DNA from: an uncultured Collinsella sp.
GTDB lineage: Bacteria; Actinomycetota; Coriobacteriia; Coriobacteriales; Coriobacteriaceae
Length of the DNA stretch: 64,000 bases
Direction: 5' to 3'
Assembly: GCA_900541125.1 (NCBI GenBank)
Contig: UQIK01000009.1
Coordinates: 2,829-66,828, forward strand
The position numbers and the translations under genes were made by a program. Numbering within the stretch: the first letter of the stretch is position 1; each line of letters opens with the position of its first letter. Positions 41,913-50,757 of the stretch are shown here, in pieces. A model generated the notes under the pieces. It saw nothing but the letters and a program-made list of their open reading frames with translations. It was not told the origin of the DNA and did not search any database.

Positions 41913-42122
41913 CCAAAATGATCCGTTTTCCTCCGCCCCCAAGGGGTCAGCCGGAACCGCTCGCCACGAAATCGGCCCATCTACTACGTTTGACTCAATA
42001 CCCCCGACCATATCCCCGTTTTCCAGAAAACCGCAGGCGTTCTACCTGCGGTTTTGTTTTCGCGTTTTTTGGCATGGTTGGGGGTAAGGGGCTAAACGTA
42101 GTAGATGGGCCGGTTTCGTGGC
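41913..42122. repeat. Family-A nested-hairpin repeat, copy 1 (MITE-like)
   Basis: The outer arms are GCCACGAAATCGGCCCATCTACTACGTTT / AAACGTAGTAGATGGGCCGGTTTCGTGGC. The inner arms are ACCCCCGACCAT / ATGGTTGGGGGT. The central hairpin is AAAACCGCAGG-N7-CCTGCGGTTTT. A left extension reads CCAAAATGATCCGTTTTCCTCC. Confidence 0.85.
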
Positions 42123-42140
42123 GGTCCTCCTCCCTACGCA

Positions 42141-42182
42141 CAAAAGCGCCGCCACGGAGAAGGGAGATACCTCCGTGGCGGC
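42141..42182 (-). terminator. Rho-independent terminator of the adhesin gene
   Basis: On the minus strand: GCCGCCACGGAG-N11-CTCCGTGGCGGC followed by GCTTTTGTG. Confidence 0.65.
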
Positions 42183-42261
42183 TGGGGGGGGGGGTGGGGG
42201 CTGTGTTCTGGCTCCCCGCCAGCCGCCCGGGGCCTTTTGGCCCCGGGCGCTGCCAGCGCGC

Positions 42262-45200
42262 CTAGCGCTTACGGATACCCCCGGCCAGAGCTCCGACGCC
42301 GGCCATGGCGATGACGAATGCCACGAGCAGTGCGGCGGCCTGCTGGTCACCCGTGGTGGGCAGGAAACCCTTGACCGTCTTGACGATGTTCGTCACGGTC
42401 TTGGGCGTGCCGGGGTCGGGCGTCGGCACGGGTGTCTCGGGCTTCTTGTACGTGTTGTTGAACACGATACCCTCGACGCTCTTGTCGCCCTTGGTATAGA
42501 TAACGCTCGCCTTGAGGTTACCCTCGCCGTCGTCGACCACGTTGACGGTCGCGGTAAAGACGGACTTGTCATAGGTCATACCGGCCTCGTCGCCTTTGAC
42601 CTCGCTGATGGTGTAGACGTGCGTACCGGGCTCGTCGTACTCAAACTTGTCGAAGTTGATCTTGCCGTCGGCATCGTTGGTGACGGTGGACTCGATGTCC
42701 TCGCCAACAAGCTTAAAGCTAAACTCGTCCTTCTTGAGCTCGCGTCCCTCGAGCACCTTGATGGCGCCGATGGAAACCTGCGTGGGCATGGCGTGGTACT
42801 TGTTGGTAAAGCCAGCCGACTCGGTGGTTCCCTCGAGCTTGTGCGTCGCGGTCAGCGTGCCGTCACCATTGTCGGAGACGGTGGTCACGACGGTGTAGGT
42901 CGCGCTGTCATAGGTGACGCCCTTGTACAGGCCGAGCGCGTTGGGGCAAGCCTCGCGCAGCGTGTACGCGTGCGTGCCGGGTGCCTCGTAGCGGATCGGG
43001 CTCAGCGTAACGGTGCCGTTGGCGTCGTTGGTGCCGCTAGCGACAACCACGCCGTCCTCGAGCAGATCAAACGTGAACTCGCCAGCCGCAAGGTCGCGGC
43101 CGGTCAGACGCTTGACGGTCTTGACCTGATCGGTCACGACAGAATCGGTAGGTTCCACGCCGTAGGTGTTGGTAAACGTGAAGGCAGCACCGTCGTCGCC
43201 TTCGCGCTTGACGCTCAGATGCCCGGCACCGTCGTCAGACACGGTGTAGGAAACCTTGCGCGTGGCGTTGGTGTCATTGGTCACGCCAGGGGCACTACCG
43301 GACTCGGTCACCGTGTAAGTAAAGGTGTGCGAGCGCGGAGCGGTGGGGGCTGCGGGCTCGGGCTCGTCGCTGGGCTCGTCGGCGTTGGCATCGGTGTCGG
43401 CCTCTTCAGCCTCTGCCTCGTCGGCCTCTGCCTCGTCAGCTTCGTCTGCCTCGGCCTTATCGGTCGCATCGTCCGTCACGCCCAGAGCGCGGTTGAGGTC
43501 CTCGAGCGTAAAGTGGATCTTGCCAAAGTCCACGTTGCCAGCCGCGTCGTTGGTCGCGGTCGTGCGCTCGGGCATCGGGGCACTAGCCTCGTCGGCGGTC
43601 ACGGTAAAGGTGAACTTGCCCGTGATGTCAGCCGGGGTCAGGCCCTCGGCAGCTTGGAGCTTCTTAGTGCCGGTGAGCGCGGCATCGACGGCTTCGGCGC
43701 CGTAGACGTTCTCGAACAAGGGCTCGACGCCGCCGTAGTCGACCGTTGCCGTCAGGGTACCGTCACCGTTGTCGACGACGATAACCTTAAAGCCAAAGCT
43801 CCACGTTGTAGCGGAAACGCCATTCGGCAGTCCGAATAAATCTTCGTAGGCCGTGTAGTTAATGGTCCAGGCAAGCTTACCGTCCTTATCGGTACGATAA
43901 GCAAGCCCAGCAGCCTCAAGATTAGCAAGCATCTTAGTGTCGTAGTGCAGCGTATCAAAGCTCACGTGCCCGCCGATATTGGGCTTGAGGTTTTCGTATG
44001 CCACAAGCTCACCCTGATAGGCGATGCCGAACCAGAACTCGCCGTCGGCCATCGGGCGGCCGGTCAGAGTCTTGGTGGCAACGACCTGAGCGGCGGTGCC
44101 GCCAGGCGTGTTGGTCGTAGCGCTGTAACTGTTGTGGAACGGCACCAGGGCCTTCTCGACCTTGTTCTCGCCACTCTTGTGGACCGTCTCATGCGTGCCC
44201 TCGGGACCGCCGGAAACGGTCGTCGTAGCAGTGAGCGTGCCGGCGGTGTCGTCGGCAATGGCGATCGTCACCGTGCGCACGGCGTCGTCGTAGGTGTAAC
44301 CGGGCTGGCCGTCGTTCTTCTCGGCCACGGTGTACGTAAAGGTCTTGCCGGCGTCAGCCTGCGTAAATATAACCTCATGACCAGCCAGAATGTCGATCAG
44401 TCCGACCGTTGCCTCTGCCGCTGCGGGGGACTTGAAGCTATTAGCCCCGGGCAGCAGACCGAGCGCGCGAGCCGAAGCGTCGTCAGCAGGTGTCACGGTA
44501 AAGGTGAACTGACCCTCGGTCATGGGGCGGCCGTCCAGATACTTGCTGAGCCACAGACCGCCGGCAGCGGTGTAGTTAAGCTCAGTGCGGTACGTGTTGG
44601 TAAAGCGTCCGTTTTCCTTCTTGGTGACGTTGGCGGTCAGGCTGCCATCGCCGTTCTCGGTCACGGTCACTTCGGCGGTTGCGACATGCGCGTCATACGT
44701 CATGCCGACCGTGCTGCCCGCGTTCTCGCGGATCTCGTACTTGTAGGTTCCGGTGGCCGTGTAGCGAATCTTGCCGAACTTGATGGCGGCAATGCCGTCC
44801 TTCGCATCGTGCTTGCTCACGGTTACGGTCGCAGGATCGGGGAGCGGGGCGCCATCGGGGGCGGTAATGGTAAAGCTGAACTCGTCCCCATCCGTCCACT
44901 CGCGGCCGCTGATGACCTTGCTCAGGTCAAAGTCGAGGTCTGCATCGGTCGGGGTCACGCTGTAAGTGTTCTCGAAGGTCGCAGGCGTGGCGCTCTTCAG
45001 CTCGTGCGTAGCGCTGAGGGTACCGTCACCGTTGTCGGTAATGGTGGTCTCGATGGTGTACTTGGCGTCGCTGTACGTGATGCCCTTGCTGGTGGTTCCG
45101 CCGTTGACCTCGCGCAGCGTGTAGGGGTACTTGCCGGGCTTGGCGTAGGTGATCTTGTCCATGGCGATCGTGCCGTCGTCGGCGTTGGTGCCCTTGGCGA

Positions 45201-47133
45201 CGACCTTGTCGCCCTCGACCAGCTCAAAGGAGAACTCGCCGTCCTTGAGATCGCGGCCGGTCAGGACCTTGGTCGCGGTGATCTGTTCGGTGACGCTCGT
45301 CTCGACAGGCGTCACGTTATAGGTATTGGTGAACGTGAAGGCCGCATCACCGTCCGGCTTGCGGGATACGCGCAGATTCCCCTTGCCGTCATCGGTCACG
45401 GTGAAGGAAACCTCGCGCGACGGCTTAGCGTCGTTGGTCACGCCAGCGACCTCACCGGACTCGGTCACGGTGTAGGTAAAGGTATGCTCGCGCTTCTCGG
45501 GCTTCTCGCCCACAGCCTTGTTAAGGTCGTCGAGCGTAAAGGTAATCTTGCCAAAGTCGACCTTGCCGTCGACGTCGTTGTGCACGCTCGTGCTCGCAGG
45601 CATAGGCGCGCCCTCTTCACCGGTCACGGTAAAGGTGAACTTGCCGGTGATCTCAGCCGGGGTCAGAGCGTCGTCAACCTGCAGATTCTTGATACCCGCA
45701 AGCGATGCCTCGGTAGCATTCGTGGTGTAGGCGTTCTTGAACTCGATGCTCTTGACGTCCTTGGCGTCCTTCAGCTCGTGCGTGGCAACCAGCTGGCCCT
45801 TGCCGTTATCGGCGATGGTCGTCACGATGGTGTAGACCGCGTCATCGTAGTCAATACCGCCGGCGTTGCCCTTAACCTCATGCAGCTTGTAGGTGTGCTG
45901 GCCGATCTCGGTGTACTTGATGGCACTGAACGTCACCTTGCCGTCGGCAGCGTTCTTAACGGTCTCGATAAGCTCAGAGTCCTCACCCTTAATCTCGCGC
46001 AGCTCAAAGCTGAACTCACCGGCCGTAAGGTCGCGCCCGGTCAGAGACTTGGTCACGTCAATCTTGTCGGTAACGCTGGACTCAACAGGCTCCGCAGTGT
46101 AGACGTTCTTGAACTCGGTCTCGTCGGCTTCGCTCCAAGTCACCTTCACAGCGGCGCTGAGCTCGCCCCTCTTGTTGGGCGTTACCGTCACGGTGACCTC
46201 CGCGACGTTCTTGCTGTAGGCAATGCCGTCAACCGTGGTCCCGGCATTCTTTTCGCTGACCCTGTAGACGTACGTGCCAGGCTCGGTGTATTTGATCGTG
46301 CCGAAGTCGACGACAGCCTTACCCTTGTCGTCCAGATCGTCCTTGGTCACAGACGCGGTCACGGGCGCTGTCGCGGACTCGGGTATCGGGGCACCGTTCT
46401 CGGACGTCAGCCCAAACTCAAACGTGTCCTCCTTCGTCCAGTCGCGACCCTCGAGCACCTTGGTCAGGCCAAAGCCGGCCTCGGTATCCTTGGTATCCAC
46501 CGTTACCGGCGTCATGTCGTACTTATAACTGATCTTGCCGTTGTTGCCCAGGTAGGAGTTGACATGCGTCGCGGTCGCCTTGGCGGATATGTTGTTCCAC
46601 TTGGGATTGAGTACGTCGGTCGCGGTATCGGTTTTGTTGCCGCCCACGCTCTCCTTGGTGGTGTGGAGCTCATCGATAAAGGCCAGGCGTGCGGTTCCCA
46701 CAGTAAACACCAAGTTACCGTTCTCATCGGGAGCAATCGCGCCGTCGAACTTCGCGGCGTCGCCACCGATGAACTCGATGACGGCAGTGGTGGGCTTGGC
46801 CTCGTTGTTCTCGCCCTGCTCCTCAAACTCATCCTTGTAGTAATAGGTGCCGGTATCTGCCAGCGAATTCTTTGCGGGCTGCGTGCATTCCTTATCCGTG
46901 TAAATAGGAGTCTGCTTCTGGAAGTAGTAGTAGCGGTTGGTGTCAGCAGGCTCAAAGGTCGCAACCGTATTGCCCAGCGCGCCGGCAGCCCACTTGTTCG
47001 CGTAGAAATTCACGGTCTTGGCGCCGTTGGCAACAGCCGTATTGCTCTCGATGTAATCCTTGAGCCCCGTTACCTTCTCGGGCGTAAACAGGTTGTCGAG
47101 TACGACCTTCTTCACACTCGAGGCATACTTCAC
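42262..47133 (-). CDS. LPXTG-anchored surface protein, C-terminal ~1,630 codons of an interrupted adhesin
   Basis: It ends LPTTG, then a hydrophobic helix, then RKR. It carries about 10 or more tandem FctA/Spy0128-like pilin-isopeptide-type domains with recurring motifs: FTFTVT...APMP...DGKVDFGKITFT, HTFTYTVTE, and TKxLxGRxLxxGEFxFEL. It has no signal peptide of its own. The reading frame continues upstream to the TAG at 47164-47166. Confidence 0.85.
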   Translation of the reverse strand: MKYASSVKKVVLDNLFTPEKVTGLKDYIESNTAVANGAKTVNFYANKWAAGALGNTVATFEPADTNRYYYFQKQTPIYTDKECTQPAKNSLADTGTYYYKDEFEEQGENNEAKPTTAVIEFIGGDAAKFDGAIAPDENGNLVFTVGTARLAFIDELHTTKESVGGNKTDTATDVLNPKWNNISAKATATHVNSYLGNNGKISYKYDMTPVTVDTKDTEAGFGLTKVLEGRDWTKEDTFEFGLTSENGAPIPESATAPVTASVTKDDLDDKGKAVVDFGTIKYTEPGTYVYRVSEKNAGTTVDGIAYSKNVAEVTVTVTPNKRGELSAAVKVTWSEADETEFKNVYTAEPVESSVTDKIDVTKSLTGRDLTAGEFSFELREIKGEDSELIETVKNAADGKVTFSAIKYTEIGQHTYKLHEVKGNAGGIDYDDAVYTIVTTIADNGKGQLVATHELKDAKDVKSIEFKNAYTTNATEASLAGIKNLQVDDALTPAEITGKFTFTVTGEEGAPMPASTSVHNDVDGKVDFGKITFTLDDLNKAVGEKPEKREHTFTYTVTESGEVAGVTNDAKPSREVSFTVTDDGKGNLRVSRKPDGDAAFTFTNTYNVTPVETSVTEQITATKVLTGRDLKDGEFSFELVEGDKVVAKGTNADDGTIAMDKITYAKPGKYPYTLREVNGGTTSKGITYSDAKYTIETTITDNGDGTLSATHELKSATPATFENTYSVTPTDADLDFDLSKVISGREWTDGDEFSFTITAPDGAPLPDPATVTVSKHDAKDGIAAIKFGKIRYTATGTYKYEIRENAGSTVGMTYDAHVATAEVTVTENGDGSLTANVTKKENGRFTNTYRTELNYTAAGGLWLSKYLDGRPMTEGQFTFTVTPADDASARALGLLPGANSFKSPAAAEATVGLIDILAGHEVIFTQADAGKTFTYTVAEKNDGQPGYTYDDAVRTVTIAIADDTAGTLTATTTVSGGPEGTHETVHKSGENKVEKALVPFHNSYSATTNTPGGTAAQVVATKTLTGRPMADGEFWFGIAYQGELVAYENLKPNIGGHVSFDTLHYDTKMLANLEAAGLAYRTDKDGKLAWTINYTAYEDLFGLPNGVSATTWSFGFKVIVVDNGDGTLTATVDYGGVEPLFENVYGAEAVDAALTGTKKLQAAEGLTPADITGKFTFTVTADEASAPMPERTTATNDAAGNVDFGKIHFTLEDLNRALGVTDDATDKAEADEADEAEADEAEAEEADTDANADEPSDEPEPAAPTAPRSHTFTYTVTESGSAPGVTNDTNATRKVSYTVSDDGAGHLSVKREGDDGAAFTFTNTYGVEPTDSVVTDQVKTVKRLTGRDLAAGEFTFDLLEDGVVVASGTNDANGTVTLSPIRYEAPGTHAYTLREACPNALGLYKGVTYDSATYTVVTTVSDNGDGTLTATHKLEGTTESAGFTNKYHAMPTQVSIGAIKVLEGRELKKDEFSFKLVGEDIESTVTNDADGKINFDKFEYDEPGTHVYTISEVKGDEAGMTYDKSVFTATVNVVDDGEGNLKASVIYTKGDKSVEGIVFNNTYKKPETPVPTPDPGTPKTVTNIVKTVKGFLPTTGDQQAAALLVAFVIAMAGVGALAGGIRKR

Positions 47134-47163
47134 CTGAATGGGCTTAACGGTGTCGACCGAAAG

Positions 47164-48585
47164 CTAGCCGTCTACGGTCTTAAAGTGACTCAGCGGAATC
47201 AACGACGCGGGAATGTTGACCGTTACGATATCGCCCTTCTGGGGATTGTCGTCGCCGGCACGCTGCACGGTAATGAGCAGGTCTTTTGCCTTGCCATCGA
47301 ACTCGTACGTATCGGTCTTGGTTTCTTTGTTGACCGTCTTGCTCGGATTGGTAAACGGCGTGCCGTTGATGACGACCTCGGTGAAGCTGTCGACTTGCAT
47401 AAAGTCGCCCAGCTCATCGGTAAACGTGATGTAGCCGGACTTGGTCTCGTCGTAGCCCTTGTGGATTTCGGTCGGATAAGGCGGCTCCGACGTAATGGCC
47501 TGCGAGATGTCGTCGAAGACCTTCTTGAGCTCTTCGGCATTGGTCGCCGACTTGTAGTAGTCGGAGTTTTCTGCGCGTGCACCATGAGCATCCCATGCCG
47601 TGGCATTGGGGTAGTTGCTTGAAACAGCCTGCATGAACTTGTTCTCTTTTTGGCTTTTTCCCGAATCCTGGATACCAGCACTGGGGTTCGCGCCATCAAA
47701 GATGCCGATAGTATAAACGGCGGCCTTGCCGTCCTTCATATTCTTAGCAGCTGTCACGGCAGCGTTGGCGACACCCGCATCGAATTTATTTTGCTTTGTT
47801 GGCGTACCGTCGGTAAAGAACACAATAATCTTCTTGGCGTCTTTGCGGCCATAAGTGGTAGTGATTTTCTCGGCCAGCTCTAGGCCATAGTCGGCGCGCG
47901 TGGCGCCGGCAGGCTGAATTCGATTAATTGTATTCTTCTTGAGATCATCCGCATTGCTGCCGGAACAGTAGGTCAATTCTTTCATAACCTGGGTGTAATT
48001 GTAGGAGTACCCTCCGTCGCGATACATATCGTTGCCGATATCGTTGGACTTCTTGCCCGCAAACTTAACAATGGCAACCCTATGCTGCCTATCAACACCC
48101 TCGATAGCCTCGTTTTGTTTGGCGATGGTATCGATAAAGCTGTTCGCAGCGCCCTTCAGTGCATCGATACGCTTGGTGCGATCTCCGCCACCCATAGGAT
48201 CATCCATCGAGCCGGAGGCATCCAGCACCATCACGATGTCGAGTGGCGTGGTGACTGTCACGGTTGAATTAGACGTCGAGGACATGGCCGAAAGCGTGGT
48301 CAGAAAATCCGACTCTTCGTTTTCCTCAGTTGCCTCGACCGTCTTGTCGGTCCAGATTCGGCCGACGTTTTGAGTCGTTACTTTATTACCGTTGTGACCG
48401 GCCGCCCAGATTTCCCAGCGTCCGCTGGTGTCGGGATCGACGACGACCTTTCCGCTCATTGTCGGTCCGTCCATTCCGGTACTGGACCTGGCGTTGGCCT
48501 CGGGCAGCATGGCAAATGCTGCAGCCGGCAACACCAGCACTACGGCCAGCATCACCGCCAAGAGACCCCTCGTGTACTTACTCAT
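47164..48585 (-). CDS. Signal peptide plus von Willebrand factor A domain, the N-terminal part of the same interrupted adhesin
   Basis: Signal peptide MSKYTRGLLAVMLAVVLVLPAAAFAMLPEANA. The MIDAS motif is VLDASGSMDD. It ends at a TAG that is in frame with 42262-47133. Confidence 0.85.
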   Translation of the reverse strand: MSKYTRGLLAVMLAVVLVLPAAAFAMLPEANARSSTGMDGPTMSGKVVVDPDTSGRWEIWAAGHNGNKVTTQNVGRIWTDKTVEATEENEESDFLTTLSAMSSTSNSTVTVTTPLDIVMVLDASGSMDDPMGGGDRTKRIDALKGAANSFIDTIAKQNEAIEGVDRQHRVAIVKFAGKKSNDIGNDMYRDGGYSYNYTQVMKELTYCSGSNADDLKKNTINRIQPAGATRADYGLELAEKITTTYGRKDAKKIIVFFTDGTPTKQNKFDAGVANAAVTAAKNMKDGKAAVYTIGIFDGANPSAGIQDSGKSQKENKFMQAVSSNYPNATAWDAHGARAENSDYYKSATNAEELKKVFDDISQAITSEPPYPTEIHKGYDETKSGYITFTDELGDFMQVDSFTEVVINGTPFTNPSKTVNKETKTDTYEFDGKAKDLLITVQRAGDDNPQKGDIVTVNIPASLIPLSHFKTVDG

Positions 48586-48637
48586 CGCGTCTCCCTTCTC
48601 GCAGGCTCAGACCTCGCATCAGCCTAAAGTTACGAAA

Positions 48638-48717
48638 TGAGACACAATTAGGGCAGGTGACACACGTTCCAGATTCATTTTTAGGCGTGAGACAAATGTC
48701 TCACCAAAGTTGAGACA
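48638..48717. promoter_or_regulatory. TGAGACA-motif cluster upstream of the adhesin gene (candidate operator)
   Basis: TGAGACA at 48638-48644, the perfect palindrome TGAGACAAATGTCTCA at 48688-48703, and TGAGACA at 48711-48717. All lie 50-135 bp upstream of the adhesin start codon. Confidence 0.35.
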
Positions 48718-48761
48718 CGAGAGTTTTCGCAGGAAAACGGGTGCGACTCGGAGCCATCAAG

Positions 48762-49040
48762 CAAAAATGATCCGTTTTCCTCCGTCCCCGGGGGATCAGT
48801 TGGTAACGTTCGCCACGAAACCGGCCCATCTACTACGTTTAACCCGATACCCCTGACCATAACCGCGTTTTACGAAAAACCGCAAGCGTTCTACCTGCGG
48901 TTTTCTTTTCGCGTTTTTCGCCGTGGTTGAGGGCAGCCACCCAAACGTAGCAGATAGGCCCATTTCATGGCGAACGGGTCACGCGGATATCCTCGCAAGG
49001 CCAAAATGATCCGTTTCCCTCTGTCCACGGGAGATCAAGG
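48762..49040. repeat. Family-A nested-hairpin repeat, copy 2, with both flanking extensions
   Basis: The core at 48812-48971 aligns with 41963-42122. The GATCCGTTT(T/C)CC extension occurs on the left (48769-48790) and on the right (49008-49030). Confidence 0.85.
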
Positions 49041-49064
49041 GCTGCTACGGATATGGTGCTATTT

Positions 49065-49218
49065 CAAAACTATGCCTGATTACGGGGCTAAAGTCGGGAC
49101 CCTCATCCATACAACCTTTTTTTGAAAAACGGCAAGCAATCTACCTGCGGTTTTGTTTTTGGGATTTTCCGTATGGTCGGAGGTTCGCTATCCAGCCCCG
49201 TAATCCGGCATAGTTTTG
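49065..49218. repeat. Family-B nested-hairpin repeat, copy 2
   Basis: CAAAACTATGCCTGATTACGGGGC ... GCCCCGTAATCCGGCATAGTTTTG, with the shared core CTACCTGCGGTTTT. Confidence 0.8.
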
Positions 49219-49314
49219 TTCGCGGCGGCTCCACCGCGCGTTAAGCGCGGGGTCGGTGGGGCATTTTTGCCCCACCGGCCCCTATTCCAGCGCTATAACA
49301 GCCCCATTCCAGAG

Positions 49315-49656
49315 CTACTCCAGCTTGGTTTCTACCGTGGGAGTCTTGTCCGCTGCGACTGGGGTGCGGGCGGTGTCCATAGTCAGGCAGTGCTTGGGGC
49401 AGCTCTCGATGCACTCACCGCACACCACGCAGGCATACGGGTCGATCGACCACGTTCCACCCTTGCGATCGACTGCGAGCGCGCCCGCCGGACAGCGACG
49501 CGCACACATGCCGCAGCAGATACACACGTCCATGTCGTTGACGATATGCCCGCGCAAGCGCTCGGGCGCCGCGAGCTTCTCCTGCGGATAGCACACCGTT
49601 ACCGGCTGCTTGACCATAGAACCCAAGGCCGTCTTGGCAAATGTCAGCAAACTCAT
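49315..49656 (-). CDS. Group 4 [NiFe]-hydrogenase 2x[4Fe-4S] subunit (EchF/NuoI-like)
   Basis: CICCGMCARRCP and CVVCGECIESCP; 113 aa. Confidence 0.85.
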   Translation of the reverse strand: MSLLTFAKTALGSMVKQPVTVCYPQEKLAAPERLRGHIVNDMDVCICCGMCARRCPAGALAVDRKGGTWSIDPYACVVCGECIESCPKHCLTMDTARTPVAADKTPTVETKLE

Positions 49657-49663
49657 GCCGCGC

Positions 49664-50752
49664 CTACCTTTCCGTGCAGCTAATGCAGGGGTCGATGGTC
49701 AGGATAATCATGGGCACGTTGGCAAGGAGCACGCCCTGCAGTGCATGTGTCAGACCCGCCAGGTTTTGCGACGTCGGCGTGCGCACGCGAAAACGGTCCA
49801 GGTTCTTGGTGCCGTTGCCGCGCACATAGTAGTACGCCTCGCCGCGCGGCTGCTCAATCACAACCTCGCCGCGGGCGCCGTCGGCCGGCGTGAGCTTGGT
49901 GCGCCCGCCGATACCGTCGTGCGGAATCTTGCCCACAAGCTCCTTAATGATGTCCATGGCCTGCGTAACCTCGGCACAACGCACCTGGCAGCGGGCATAG
50001 CAATCGCCATCGGTGGCAACGATGGGCTCAAATGCAGCCAAATCCGCATAGGCACCGTCGCCAAACATGCGAACATCGTAATCCACGCCCGAGGCGCGAC
50101 CGAACGGGCCGACCATCGACAGATCCAGCGCGTCCTTCTTGCTGATCACGCCCACGCCATGCAGGCGCTCGCCGCAGCTATTGTCGTCCAAAAACGTATG
50201 CACCAGGGCCTCGTAGTCGGGACGCATGGCGTCGAGCGTCTGGACAATACCCATCAGCTCGGAGTCCTCGATGTCGTGCTTAAGGCCGCCGATCTCGTTA
50301 ATCGACAAAATCACGCGCCCGCCGCAAGTGCTCTCAAAGATCTTGAGAATCTGCTCGCGCAGGGTCCATGACCGATAGAACAGCGCCTCAAAACCAAAGG
50401 CGTCGGCGAGCAGGCCCAGCCACAGCAGATGCGAGTGGATGCGCGAAAGCTCGTGCAAAATGGTGCGGATATACTGCACGCGGCCGGGCACCTCGATGTC
50501 GAGCATACGCTCACAGGCGCTGGCATAGCCGCAGCTGTGGCCCACGGCGCAGATGCCGCAGATGCGCTCGGCGATGTAGCCAAACTGATGCATGTCGCGC
50601 TTTTCGGTGAGCTTCTCGAGTCCGCGGTGCACAAAGCCGATCTGCGGAATTGCCTCGATGACGCGGTCGTCCTCGATCACCAGGTCCAGATGAAGCGGCT
50701 CGGGCAGCACCGGGTGCTGCGGGCCAAACGGAATGACGGAGCGATGTGCCAT
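49664..50752 (-). CDS. Group 4 [NiFe]-hydrogenase large subunit (EchE/NuoD-like)
   Basis: The N-terminal Ni-binding motif is RICGICAVGH. The protein ends with DPCISCTER and has no cleavable extension; 362 aa. Confidence 0.9.
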   Translation of the reverse strand: MAHRSVIPFGPQHPVLPEPLHLDLVIEDDRVIEAIPQIGFVHRGLEKLTEKRDMHQFGYIAERICGICAVGHSCGYASACERMLDIEVPGRVQYIRTILHELSRIHSHLLWLGLLADAFGFEALFYRSWTLREQILKIFESTCGGRVILSINEIGGLKHDIEDSELMGIVQTLDAMRPDYEALVHTFLDDNSCGERLHGVGVISKKDALDLSMVGPFGRASGVDYDVRMFGDGAYADLAAFEPIVATDGDCYARCQVRCAEVTQAMDIIKELVGKIPHDGIGGRTKLTPADGARGEVVIEQPRGEAYYYVRGNGTKNLDRFRVRTPTSQNLAGLTHALQGVLLANVPMIILTIDPCISCTER

Positions 50753-50757
50753 GGGCC

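Noticed and set aside
42184-42200. A G11-T-G5 homopolymeric tract as a phase-variation switch for the adhesin.
   Set aside because: It lies downstream of the adhesin stop codon (42262), between the stop and the terminator. It is neither in the promoter nor in the coding frame, so length changes would alter neither expression nor reading frame.
41700-42260. A possible CRISPR array, given the clustered repeats around the adhesin locus (also 48760-49220).
   Set aside because: The repeats are long composite palindromes of about 155-160 bp, each present once or twice. They are not short direct repeats alternating with unique spacers. No cas genes are present in the window.
43945-47622. A 1,225-aa plus-strand ORF antisense to the adhesin.
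   Set aside because: It is another antisense shadow ORF. Its sequence is low-information G/V/L/R-rich, and the opposite strand encodes repeated, recognisable pilin-type domains with an LPXTG signal.
42262-48585. A sortase-dependent pilus operon.
   Set aside because: There is only one LPXTG substrate gene. No class C sortase gene, no additional pilin subunit genes and no obvious pilin-motif/E-box pair could be recognised. It was therefore treated as a monomeric wall-anchored adhesin.
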